From positions 6,944,001-7,008,000 of the forward strand of contig OZ024745.1 of NCBI GenBank assembly GCA_964016885.1: DNA of 64,000 nucleotides. Reading direction: 5' to 3'. The notes below the pieces were generated by a model. That model worked only from the letters and a program-made list of their open reading frames with translations, had not been told where the DNA came from and did no database searches. Made by a program: the position numbers and the translations under genes. This document shows, piece after piece, positions 35,131-51,100 of this stretch. Numbering within the stretch: the first letter of the stretch is position 1; the number at the start of each line of letters is the position of its first letter. Source of the stretch: Eledone cirrhosa. Lineage: Eukaryota.

Positions 35131-38100
35131 AATATATATAATAGTGTATAGTATATATAGTATTGTATAGTATATATAGTATTGTATATAGTATATATAG
35201 TATTGTATATAGTATATATAGTATTGTATATAGTATATATGGTGTTGTATAGTATATAGAGTAGTGTATAGTATGTATACTACTGTATAGTATATAGAGT
35301 ATTGTGTATAGTATATAGAGTATTGTATATAGTATATATAGTATTGTATATAGTATATATAGTATTGTATATAGTATATATAGTATTGTATATAGTATAT
35401 ATAGTATTGTATAGTATATATAGTATTGAATAGTATATATAGTATTGTATAGTATATATAGTATTGTATATAGTATATATAGTATTGTATATAGTATATA
35501 TAGTGTTGTATATAGTATATATAGTATTGTATATAGTATATATAGTATTGTATATAGTATATATAGTATTGTATAGTATATATAGTATTGTATATAATAT
35601 ATATAGTATTCTATAGTATTCTATAGTATATATAGTATTGTATAGTATATATAGTATTGTATAGTATATATAGTATTGTATAGTATATATAGTTATGTAT
35701 ATAGTATATATAGTATTGTATATAGTATATATAGTATTGTATAGTATATATAGTATTGTATATTGTATATATAGTATCGTATAATATGTATAGTATTGTA
35801 TAGTATATATAGTATTGTATAGTATATATAGTATCGTATAGTATATATAGTATTGTATAGTATATATAGTATTGTATATTGTATATATAGTATTGCATAG
35901 TACATATTGTATTGCATAGTACATATTGTATTGCATAGTATATATAGGATTGTATATTAGATATTGTATTGTATATATAGTATTGTATTGTATATATAGT
36001 ATTGTATTGTATATATAGTATTGTATAGTATATATAGTATCGTATAGTATATATAGTATTGTATAGTATATATAGTATTGTATAGTATATATAGTATTGT
36101 ATGTAGTATATATAACATTGCATAGTATATATAGTATTGTATAGTATATATAGTATTGTATAGTGTATATAGTATTGTGTATAGTATAAGTAGTATTGTA
36201 TAGTGTATATAGTATTGTATTATATATATAGAATTGTATATAGTATTGTATATCGTATATATTATATTGTATATCGTATATATAGTATTGTATAACATAT
36301 ATATTGTATTGTATAGTATATATATATTGTATTGTATAGTATATATCGTATTGTATATAGTATATTTAGTATTGTATATAATATATATAGTATTGTAGAG
36401 TATATATAGTATTTTATAGTATATATAGTATTGTATAGTATATATAGTATTGTAAAGTATATATAGTATTGTATAGTATATATAGTATTGTATAGTATAT
36501 ATAGTATTGTATAGTATATATAGTATTGTAAAGTATATATAGTATAGTATAGTATATATATCATTGTATTTAGTATATATAGTATTGCATAGAATATATA
36601 GTATTGTATATAGTATATATAGTATTGTATATAGTATATATAGTATTGTATATAGTATATATAGTATTGCATAGTATATATAGCATATATAGTATTGTAT
36701 TATATATATAGTATTGTATGGTATATATATTATTGTATATAGTATATATAGTATGGCATAGTATTGTATAGTATATATAGAATTGTATAGTATATATAGG
36801 ATTGTATAGTATATATAGCATTGTATATAGTACATATAGTATTGTATAGTATATATAGTATTGTGTATAGTATATATAGTATTGTATATAGTATATATAG
36901 TATTGTATATAGTATATATAGTATTGCATAGTATATATAGCATATATAGTATTGTATAGTATATATAGTATAATATAGTAGATATAGTGTTGTATATATG
37001 GTATAGTATATATAGTATATATAGTGTTGTATAGTATATATAGTGTTGTATAGTATATATAGTATTGTATAGTATATATAGTATTGTATAGTATATATTG
37101 TATTGTATAGTATATATTGTATTGTATAGTATATATTGTATTGTATAGTATATATAGTATTGTATAGTATATATAGTATTGTACAGTATATATAGTATTG
37201 TATAGTATATATAGTATTGTATAGTATATATAGTATTGTATAGTATATATAGTATTGTATAGTATATATAGTATTGTATAGTGTATATAGTATTGTATAG
37301 TATATATAGTATTGTATAGTATATATAGTATTGTATAGTGTATATATAGTATTGTATAGTGTATATAGTATTGTATAGTATATATAATAGTGTATAGTAT
37401 ATATAGTATTGTATAGTATATATAGTATTGTATAGTATATTTAGTATTGTATATAGTATATATAGTATTGTATATAGTATATATCGTGTTGTATAGTATA
37501 TATAGTAGTGTATAGTATATAGAGTAGTGTATAGTATATAGAGTAGTGTATAGTATATAGAGTAGTGTATAGTATATAGAGTAGTGTATAGTATATAGAG
37601 TAGTGTATAGTATATAGAGTAGTGTATAGTATATAGAGTATTGTATATAGTATATATAGTATAGTATATATAGTATTGTATAGTATATATAGTATTGTAT
37701 AGTATATATAGTATTGTATAGTATATATAGTATTGTATAGTATATATAGTATTGTATAGTATATATAGTATTGTATAGTATATATAGTATTGTATATAGT
37801 ATATATAGTATTGTATATAGTATATATAGTATTGTATATAGTATACATAGTATTGTATATTGTATATATAGTATTGTATATAGTATATATGGTATTGTAT
37901 AGGATATATAGTATTGTATAGTATATATAGTATTGTGTATAGTATATATAGTATTGTATATTATATATAGTATTGTATAGTATATATAGTATTGTATAGT
38001 ATATATAGTATTGTATAGTATATATAGTATTGTATAGTATATATAGTATTGTATAGTATATATAGTATTGTATAAAGTATATATATTGTTGTATATAGTA

Positions 38101-39929
38101 TATATAGTGTTGTATATAGTATTGTATATAGTATATATAGTATTGTATATAGTATATATAGTATTGTATATAGTATATATAGTATTGTATATAGTACATA
38201 TAGTATTGTATATAGTATATATAGTATTGTATATAGTATATATAGTATTGTATATAGTATATATAGTATTGTATAGTATATATAGTATTGTATATAATAT
38301 ATATAGTATTGTATAGTATATATAGTATTGTATATAATATATATAGTATTCTATAGTATATATAGTTATGTGTGTAGTATATATAGTTATGTGTGTAGTA
38401 TATATAGTATTGTATATAGTATATATAGTATTGTATATAGTATATATAGTATTGTATAGTATATATAGTATTGTATATAATACATATAGTATTGTATAGT
38501 ATATATAGTATTGTATAGTATATATATTATTGTATATTGTATATATAGTATTGTATAATATATATAGTATTGTATAGTATATATAGTATTGTATAGTATA
38601 TATAGTATTGTATAGTATATATAGTATTGTATAGTATATATAGTATTGTATAGTATATAGTATATATAGTATTGTATAGTATATATAGTATTGTATTGTA
38701 TAGTATATATAGTATTGTATATAGTATATATAGTATTGCATATTACTTATTTAATTGCATAGTATATATAGGATTGTATAGTAGATATTGTATTGTATAT
38801 ATAGTATTGTATAGTATATATAGTATTGTATAGTATATATAGTATTGTATAGTACATATAGTATTGTATATAGTCTATATAGCATTGCATAGTATATATA
38901 GTATTGTATAGTATATATAGTATTGTATAGTGTATATAGTATTGTGTATATTATATATAGTATTGTATAGTATACATAATATTGTATAGTATATATATCG
39001 TATTGTATAGTGCATATCGTATTGTATAAAGTATATATAGTATTGTATATAGTATTTTATGTAGTATATATAGAATTGTATAGTGTATATAGTATTGTAT
39101 ATATAGTATTGTATATAGTATTGTATATCGTATATATAGTATATATATTGTATTGTATATTATATATAGTATTGTATATCGTATATATAGTATATATATT
39201 GTATTGTATAGTATATATGGTATTGTATATAGTATATATAATATTGTATAGTATACATAGTATTGTATATAGTATATCTCATTGTATATTATATAAGTAT
39301 TTTATAGTTTATAAAGTATTTTATAGTATATATAGTATTGTATAGTATATATAGTATTGTATAGTATATATAGTATTGTATAGTATATATAGTATTGTAT
39401 ATAGTATATATAGTATTGTACAGTATATATAGTATTTATATAGTATATATAGTATTGCATAGTATATATATAGGATTGTATATAGTATATATAATATTGT
39501 ATATAGTATATATAGTATTGTACAGTATATATAGTATTTATATAGTATATATAGTATTGCATAGTATATATATAGGATTGTATATAGTATATATAATATT
39601 GTATATAGTATATATAATATTGTATATAGTATATATAATATTGTATATAGTATATATAGTATTGTATAGTATATATAGTACTATATAGTATATATAGTAT
39701 TGTATAGTATATATAGGATTGTATAGTATATATAGTATTGTATATAGTATATATAGTATTGTACAGTATATATAGTATATATAGTATTGCATAGTATATA
39801 TATAGTATTTTATAGTATATATACGATTGTATATAGTATATATAATATTGTATATAGTATATATAATATTGTATATAGTATATATAGTATTGTATATAGT
39901 ATATATAGTATTGTATATAGTATATATAG

Positions 39930-42900
39930 TATTGTATAGTATATATAGTATTGTATAGTATATATAGTATTGTATAGTATATATAATATTGTATATAGTA
40001 TATATTGTATTGTATATAGTATTGTATAGTACATATAGTATTGTATAGTATATATAGTATTGTATAGTATATATAGTATTGTATAGTATATATAGTATTG
40101 TATAGTATATATAGTATTGTATAGTATATATAGTATTGTATATAATATATATAGTATTGTATAATCTATATAGTATTGTATAATATATATAGTATTGTAT
40201 AATATATATAGTATTGTATAATATATATAGTATTGTATAGTATATATAGTATTGTATATAGTATATATAGTATAGTATATATAGTATTGTATATAGTATA
40301 TATACTATTGTATAATATATATAGTATTGTATATAATATATATACTATTGTATAATATATATATATTGTACATAGTATATATAGTATTGTAAATAGTATA
40401 TATAGTATTGTACATAGTATATATAGTATTGTATAGTATATATAGTATTGTATAGTATATATAGTATTGTATAGTATATATAGTATTGTATAGTATATAT
40501 AGTATATATAGTATTGTATATAGTATATATAGGATTGTATAGTATATATAGTATTGTATATAGTATATATATTATTGTATATTATATATAGTATTTTATA
40601 TAGTATATGTAGTATTGTATATATTATATGTAGTATTGTATATAGCATATATAGTATTGTATAGTATAGTATATATATTATAGTGTATATAGTATTGTAT
40701 ATAGTATATATAGTATTGTATAGTGTATATAGTATTGTATAGTATATATAATAGTGTATAGTATATATAGTAGTGTATAGTATATATAGTATTGTATAGT
40801 ATATATAGTATTGTATATAGTATATATAGTATTGTATATAGTATATATAGTGTTGTATAGTATATAGAGTAGTGTATAGTATATATAGTAGTGTATAGTA
40901 TATAGAGTATTGTATATAGTATATATAGTATTGTATAATATATATAGTATTGTATAATATATATAGTATTGTATAGTATATATAGTATTGTATAGTATAT
41001 ATAGTATTGTATAGTATATATAGTATTGTATATAGTATATATAGTATTGTAATATATATATATAGTATTGTATAGTATATATAGTATTGTGTATAGTATA
41101 TATAGTATTGTATGGTATATATAGTATTGTGTATAGTATATATAGTATTGTATAGTATATATAGTATTGTATAGTATATATAGTATTGTATAGTATATAT
41201 AGTATTGTATATAGTATATATAGTATTGTATATAGTATATATAGTGTTGTATATAGTATATATAGTTATGTATATAGTATATATAGTATTGTATATAGTA
41301 TATATAGTATTGTATAGTATATATATTATTGTATAGTATATATATTATTGTATAGTATATATAGTATTGTATATTGTATAGTATATATAGTATTGTATAT
41401 TGTATAGTATATATATTATTGTATAGTATATATAGTATTGTATATTGTATAGTATATATAGTATTGTATATTGTATAATATATATAGTATTGTATAGTAT
41501 ATATAGTATTGTATAGTATATATAGTATTGTATAGTATATATAGTATTGTATAGTATATATAGTATTGTATAGTATATATAGTATTGTATAGTATATATA
41601 GTATTGTATAGTATATATAGTATTGTATAGTATATATAGTATTGTATAGTATATATAGTATTGTATATAGTATATATAGTATTGTATAGTATATATAGTA
41701 TTGTATATAGTATATATAGTATTGCATAGTACATATTGTATTGCGTAGTACATATTGTTTTGCATAGTATATATAGGATTGTATAGTAGATATTGTATTG
41801 TATATATTGTATTGTATATATAGTATGGTATAGTATATATAGTATTGTATAGTATATATAGTATTGTATAGTATATATAGTATTGTATGTAGTATATATA
41901 GCATTGCATAGTATATATAGTATTGTATAGTATATATAGTATTGTATAGTATATATAGTATTGTATAGTATATATAGTATTGTATAGTATATATAGTATT
42001 GTATAGCGTATATAGTATTGTGTATAGTATATATAGTATTGTATAGTATATATAATATTGTATAGTATATATATCGTATTGTATAGTGCCTATCGTATTG
42101 TATATAGTATATATAGTATTGTATATAGTATATATAGTATTGTATATAGTATATATAGTATTGTATATAGAATTGTATAGTGTATATAGTATTGTATAGT
42201 ATATATAGTATTGTATATAGTATTGTATATCGTATATATAGTATTGTATAATATATATATTGTATTGTATAGTATATATATTGTATTGTATAGTATATAT
42301 CGTATTGTATGTAGTATATATAATATTGTATAGTATACATAGTATTGTATATAGTATATATAGTATTGTATATAGTATATATAGTGTTGTATATAGTATA
42401 TATAGTGTTGTATATAGTATATATAGTGTTGTATATAGTATATATAGTGTTGTATATAGTATATATAGTGTTGTATATAGTATATATAGTGTTGTATATA
42501 GTATATATAGTATTGTATATAGTATTGTATAGTATATATAGTATTGTATATAATATATATAGTATTCTATAGTATATATAGTATTGTATAGTATATATAG
42601 TATTGTATATAGTATATATAGTATTGTATATAGTATATATAGTATTGTATAGTATATATAGTATTGTATAGTATATATAGTATTGTATAGTATATAAAGT
42701 ATTGTATAGTATATATAGTATTGTATATAGTATAGTATTGTATATAATATATATAGTATTGTATATAGTATATAGTATTGTATATAGTATATAGTATTGT
42801 ATATAGTATATTTAGTATTGTATATAATATATATAGTATTCTATAGTATATATAGTATTGTATAGTATATGTAGTATTGTAAAGTATGTATAGTATTGTA

Positions 42901-45900
42901 TAGTAAATATAGTATTGTAAAGTATATATAGTATTGTATAGTATATATATCATTGTATATAGTATATATAGTATTGCATAGTATATATAGTATTGCATAG
43001 TATATATAGTATTGTATATAGTATATATAGTATTGTATATAGTATATATCGTATTGCATAGTATATATAGCATATATTGTATTGTATAGTATATATAGTA
43101 TTGTATGGTATATATATTATTGTATATAGTATATATAGTATTGCATAGTATTGTATAGTATATATAGGATTGTATATAGTACATATAGTATTGTATAGTA
43201 TATATAGTATTTTACATAGAATTTATATCGTATTTTATAGTACATATAGTATTGTATAGTATATATAGTATTGTATAGTATATATAGTATTGTATAGTAT
43301 ATATAGTATTGTATAGTATATATAATATTGTATATAGTATATATTGTATTGTATATAGTATTGTATAGTACATATAGTATTGTATAGTATATATAGTATT
43401 GTATAGTATATATAGTATTGTATAGTATATATAGTATTGTATAGTATATATAGTATTGTATAGTATATATAGTATTGTATAGTATATATAGTATTGTATA
43501 TAATATATATAGTATTGTATAATCTATATAGTATTGTATAATATATATAGTATTGTATAATATATATAGTATTGTATAATATATATAGTATTGTATAGTA
43601 TATATAGTATTGTATATAGTATATATAGTATAGTATATATAGTATTGTATATAGTATATATACTATTGTATAATATATATAGTATTGTATATAATATATA
43701 TACTATTGTATAATATATATATATTGTACATAGTATATATAGTATTGTAAATAGTATATATAGTATTGTACATAGTATATATAGTATTGTATAGTATATA
43801 TAGTATTGTATAGTATATATAGTATTGTATAGTATATATAGTATTGTATAGTATATATAGTATATATAGTATTGTATATAGTATATATAGTATTGTATAT
43901 AGTATATATAGGATTGTATAGTATATATAGTATTGTATATAGTATATATATTATTGTATATTATATATAGTATTTTATATAGTATATGTAGTATTGTATA
44001 TAGTATATGTAGTATTGTATATAGCATATATAGTATTGTATAGTATAGTATATATATTATAGTGTATATAGTATTGTATATAGTATATATAGTATTGTAT
44101 AGTGTATATAGTATTGTATAGTATATATAATAGTGTATAGTATATATAGTAGTGTATAGTATATATAGTATTGTATAGTATATATAGTATTGTATATAGT
44201 ATATATAGTATTGTATATAGTATATATAGTATTGTATAATATATATAGTATTGTATAATATATATAGTATTGTATAGTATATATAGTATTGTATAGTATA
44301 TATAGTATTGTATAGTATATATAGTATTGTATATAGTATTGTAATATATATATATAGTATTGTATAGTATATATAGTATTGTGTATAGTATATATAGTAT
44401 TGTATGGTATATATAGTATTGTGTATAGTATATATAGTATTGTATAGTATATATAGTATTGTATAGTATATATAGTATTGTATAGTATATATAGTATTGT
44501 ATATAGTATATATAGTATTGTATATAGTATATATAGTGTTGTATATAGTATATATAGTTATGTATATAGTATATATAGTATTGTATATAGTATATATAGT
44601 ATTGTATAGTATATATATTATTGTATAGTATATATATTATTGTATAGTATATATAGTATTGTATATTGTATAATATATATAGTATTGTATAGTATATATA
44701 GTATTGTATAGTATATATAGTATTGTATAGTATATATAGTATTGTATAGTATATATAGTATTGTATAGTATATATAGTATTGTATAGTATATATAGTATT
44801 GTATAGTATATATAGTATTGTATATAGTATATATAGTATTGTATAGTATATATAGTATTGTATATAGTATATATAGTTTTGCATAGTACATATTGTATTG
44901 CGTAGTACATATTGTTTTGCATAGTATATATAGGATTGTATAGTAGATATTGTATTGTATATATTGTATTGTATATATAGTATGGTATAGTATATATAGT
45001 ATTGTATAGTATATATAGTATTGTATAGTATATATAGTATTGTATGTAGTATATATAGCATTGCATAGTATATATAGTATTGTATAGTATATATAGTATT
45101 GTATAGTATATATAGTATTGTATAGTATATATAGTATTGTATAGCGTATATAGTATTGTGTATAGTATATATAGTATTGTATAGTATATATAATATTGTA
45201 TAGTATATATATCGTATTGTATAGTGCATATCGTATTGTATATAGTATATATAGTATTGTATATAGTATATATAGTATTGTATATAGTATATATAGTATT
45301 GTATATAGAATTGTATAGTGTATATAGTATTGTATAGTATATATAGTATTGTATATAGTATTGTATATCGTATATATAGTATTGTATAATATATATATTG
45401 TATTGTATAGTATATATATTGTATTGTATAGTATATATATTGTATTGTATAGTATATATCGTATTGTATGTAGTATATATAATATTGTATAGTATACATA
45501 GTATTGTATATAGTATATATAGTATTGTATATAGTATATATAGTATTGTATATAGTATATATAGTGTTGTATATAGTATATATAGTGTTGTATATAGTAT
45601 ATATAGTGTTGTATATAGTATATATAGTGTTGTATATAGTATATATAGTGTTGTATATAGTATATATAGTGTTGTATATAGTATATATAGTATTGTATAT
45701 AGTATTGTATAGTATATATAGTATTGTATATAATATATATAGTATTCTATAGTATATATAGTATTGTATAGTATATATAGTATTGTATATAGTATATATA
45801 GTATTGTATATAGTATATATAGTATTGTATATAGTATATATAGTATTGTATAGTATATATAGTATTGTATAGTATATATAGTATTGTATAGTATATATAG

Positions 45901-46400
45901 TATTGTATAGTATATAAAGTATTGTATAGTATATATAGTATTGTATATAGTATAGTATTGTATATAATATATATAGTATTGTATATAGTATATAGTATTG
46001 TATATAGTATATAGTATTGTATATAGTATATTTAGTATTGTATATAATATATATAGTATTCTATAGTATATATATTATTGTATAGTATATGTAGTATTGT
46101 AAAGTATGTATAGTATTGTATAGTAAATATAGTATTGTAAAGTATATATAGTATTGTATAGTATATATATCATTGTATATAGTATATATAGTATTGCATA
46201 GTATATATAGTATTGCATAGTATATATAGTATTGTATATAGTATATATCGTATTGCATAGTATATATAGCATATATAGTATTGTATAGTATATATAGTAT
46301 TGTATGGTATATATATTATTGTATATAGTATATATAGTATTGCATAGTATTGTATAGTATATATAGGATTGTATATAGTACATATAGTATTGTATAGTAT
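39930..46400. repeat. Tandem duplication of an about 3.2-3.4-kb unit
   Basis: GCGTAGTACATATTGTTTTGC is at 41743/44900. TAGCGTA and the AGTGTTGTAT runs are shared. ORF offsets are 40166/43524 (3358), 40596/43975 (3379), 42345/45504 (3159) and 42841/46061 (3220). Confidence 0.92.
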
Positions 46401-48499
46401 ATATAGTATTGTATATATTATATATAGTATTGCATAGTATATATAGTATTGTATATAGTATATATAGTATTGCATAGTATATATAGCACATATAGTATAA
46501 TATAGTATATAAGTGTTGTATATATGGTATAGTATATATAGTATATATAGTGTTGTATAGTATATATAGTATTGTATAGTATATATTGTATTGTATAGTA
46601 TATATATTATTGTATAGTATATATACTATTGTATAGTATATATAGTATTGTATATAGTATATATTGTATTGTATAGTATATATAGTATTGTATATAGTAT
46701 ATGTAGTATTGTTTATAGTATATGTAGTATTGTATATAGTATATGTAGTATTATATATATCATATATAGTATTGTATAGTATATATAGTATAGTATATAT
46801 ATTATAGTGTATATAGTTTTGTATATAGTATATATAGTATTGTATAGTGTATATAGTATTGTATAGTATATATAATAGTGTAGAGTATATATAGTATTGT
46901 ATAGTATATATAGTATTGTATAGTATATATAGTATTGTATAGTATATTATGTATTGTATATAGTATATATAGTATTGTATATAGTATATATAGTGTTATA
47001 TAGTATATATAGTAGTGTATAGTATATATAGTAGTGTATAGTATATATAGTAGTGTATAGTATATATAGTAGTGTATAGTATATAGAGTATTGTGTATAG
47101 TATATAGATATTGTGTATAGTATATAGAGTATTGTATATAGTATATAGAGTATTGTATATAGTATATTTAGTATTGTATAGTATATATAGTATTGTATAG
47201 TATATATAGTATTGTATATAGTATGTATAGTATTGTATATAGTATATATAGTATTGTAATATATATATAGTATTGTAATATATATATAGTATTGTATAGT
47301 ATATATAATATTGTATAGTATATATAGTATTGTATAGTATATATAGTATTGTATAGTATATATAGTATTGTTTAGTATATATAGTATTGTATAGTATATA
47401 TAGTATTGTATAGTATATATAGTATTGTATAGTATATATAGTATTGTATAGTATATATAGTATTGTATATAGTATATATATTGTTGTATATAGTATATAT
47501 AGTATTGTGTATAGTATATATAGTATTGTGTATAGTATATATAGTATTGTGTATAGTATATATAGTATTGTGTATAGTATATATAGTATTGTATATAGTA
47601 TCGTATATAGTATATATAGTATTGTATAGTATATATAGTATTGTATAGTATATATAGTATTGTATATAATATATATAGTATTGTATAGTATATATAGTTA
47701 TGTATATAGTATATATAGTTATGTATATAGTATATATATTATTGTATATAGTATATATAGTATTGTATAGTATATATAGTATTGTATATAATATATATAT
47801 TATTGTATAGTATATATAGTATTGTATAGTATATATAGTGTTGTATATATAGTGTTGTATATATAGTATTGTATAATATATATAGTATTGTATAGTATAT
47901 ATAGTATTGTATAGTATATATAGTATTGTATAGTATATATAGTATTGTATAGTATATATAGTATTGTATAGAATATAGTATATATAGTATTGTATAGAAT
48001 ATAGTATATATAGTATTGTATATAGTATATATAGTATTGTATATAGTATATATAGTATTGTATAGTATATATAGTATTGTATATATTATATATAGTATTG
48101 CATAGTACTTATTTAATTGCATAGTATATATAGGATTGTATAGTAGATATTGTATTGTATATATAGTATTGTACAGTATATATAGTATTGTATAGTATAT
48201 ATAGTATTGTATATAGTATATATAGTATTGTATATAGTATATATAGCATTGCATAGTATATATAGTATTGTATAGTATATATAGTATTGTATAGTATATA
48301 TAGTATTGTATAGTGTATATAGTATTGTGTATATTATATATAGTATTGTATAGTATATATAGTATTGTATAGTATATATAGTATTGTATAGTGTATATAG
48401 TATTGTGTATATTATATATAGTATTGTATAGTATATATAACATTGTATAGTATATATATCGTATTGTATATAGTATATATAGTATTGTATATAGTATAT

Positions 48500-51100
48500 A
48501 TAGTATTGTATGTAGTATATATAGAATTGTATAGTGTATATAGTATTGTATAATATATATAGTATTGTATATCGTATATATAGTATTGTATATCGTATAT
48601 ATAGTATTGTATAATATATATATTGTATTGTATAGTATATATATTGTATTGTATAGTATATATCGTATTGTATATAGTATATATCATATTGTATAGTATA
48701 CATAGTATTGTATATAGTATATCTCATTGTATATTATATAAGTATTTTATAGTATATAAAGTATTTTATAGTATATATAGTATTGTATAGTATATATAGT
48801 ATTGTATAGTATATATAGTATTGTATTGTATATATAGTATTGTATATAGTATATATAGTATTGTACAGTATATATAGTATTTATATAGTATATATAGTAT
48901 TGCATAGTATATATATAGTATTTTATAGTATATATAGGATTGTATATAGTATATATAATATTGTATATAGTATATATAGTATATATAGTATTGTATATAG
49001 TATTTATATCGTATTGTATATTATATATAGTATTGTATAGTATATATAGTATTGTATAGTATATATAGTATTGTATAGTATATATAGTATTGTATATAGT
49101 ATATATAGTATTGTATATAGTATATATAGTATTGTATATAGTATATATAGTATTGTATAGTATATATAGTATTGTATAGTATATATAGTATTGTATAGTA
49201 TATATAGAATTGTGTATAGTATATATAGAATTGTATATAGTATATATAGTATTGTATAGTATATATAGTATTGTATAGTATATATAGTATTGTATAGTAT
49301 ATATAGTATTGTATATAGTATATATAGTATTGTATATAGTATATATAGTATTGTATATAGTATATATAGTATTGTATATAGTATATATAGTATTGTATAT
49401 AGTATATATAGTATTGTATATAGTATATATAGTATTGTATATAGTATATATAGTATTGTATATAGTATATATAGTATTGTATATAGTATATATAGTATTG
49501 TATATAGTATATATAGGATTGTATATAGTATATATAGTATTGTAAATAGTATATATAGGATTGTATAGTATATATAGTATTGTATATAGTATTGTATAGT
49601 ATTGTATATAGTATTCTATAGTATATATAGTATTGTATAGTATTGTATATAGTATATATTGTATTGTATATAGCATATATAGTATTGTATAGTCTATATA
49701 GTATTATACATAGTCTATATAGTATTATATATAGTATATATAATATTGTATATGGTATATATATTATTGTATATGGTATATATATTATTGTATAGTATAT
49801 ATTGTATTGTGTATAGTATATATAGTATTGTATATTGTATATATAGTATTGTATATTGTATATATAGTATTGTATATAGTATATATAGTATTGTATATAG
49901 TATACATAGTATTGTATATAATATATATAGTATTGTATAGTATATATAGTATTGTATAGTATATATAGTATTGTATAGTATATATAGTATTGTATAGTAT
50001 ATATAGTAATGTATATAGTATATATAGTATTGTATAGTATATATAGTATTGTATAGTATATATAGTATTGTATAGTATATATAGTATTGTATAGTATATA
50101 TAGTATTGTATAGTATATATAGTATTGTATAGTATATATAGTATTGTATATAGTATATATAGTATTGTATAGTATATTGTATATGTAGTATTGTATAGTA
50201 TTGTATATATATATATATATATAGTATTGTATGGTATATATATTATTGTTTATAGTATATATAGTATTGCATAGTATATATAGTATTGCATAGTATATAT
50301 AGTATTGCATAGTATATATAGTATTGCATAGTATATATAGCATTGTATATTATATATAGGATTGTATATTATATATAGGATTGTATAGTATATATAGTAT
50401 TGTATATAGTATATATAGTATTGCACAGTATATATAGTATTGTATATAGTATATATAGTATTGCATAGTACATATAGTATATATAGAATTGTATAGTGTA
50501 TATAGTATTGTATAGTATATATAGTATTGTATATAGCATTGTATATCGTATATATAGTATCGTATAATATATATATTGTATTGTATAGTATATATATTGT
50601 ATTGTATAGTATATATCGTATTGTATATAGTATATATAATATTGTATAGTATACATAGTATTGTATATAGTATATATAGTATTGTATATAGTATATATAG
50701 TATTGTATATAGTATATATAGTGTTGTATATAGTATATATAGTGTTGTATATAGTATGTATAGTGTTGTATATAGTATATATAGTGTTGTATATAGTATA
50801 TATAGTGTTGTATATAGTATATATAGTATTGTATAGTATATATAGTATTGTATATAGTATATATAGTATTGTATAGTATATATAGTATTGTATATAGTAT
50901 ATAGTATTGTATATAGTATATTTAGTATTGTATATAATATATATAGTATTGTTTTGTATATATAGTATTGTATAGTATATGTAGTATATATAGTATTGTA
51001 TAGTATATATAGTAATGTAAAGTATATATAGTATTGTATAGTATATATAGTATTGTAAAGTATATATAGTATTGTATAGTATATATATAATTGTATATAG
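48500..51100. repeat. Block duplicated non-tandemly at about 60900-64000
   Basis: Shared ordered variants include CTCATTG (48723/61120), TAGTCTATA, a long TA tract (50204/62885), TTGCACAG and TTGTTTTGT. ORF offsets are 12397, 12326, 12687 and 12767. Confidence 0.85.
50204..50223. repeat. (TA)10 microsatellite tract inside the satellite
   Basis: Direct count of 20 nt of uninterrupted TA. Confidence 0.9.

Noticed and set aside
36570-38741. 723-aa ORF and all other Y/I/T/L/N/Q-rich minus-strand ORFs
   Set aside because: They are translations of a stop-free satellite strand, overlap in all three frames, and show no domain-like content.
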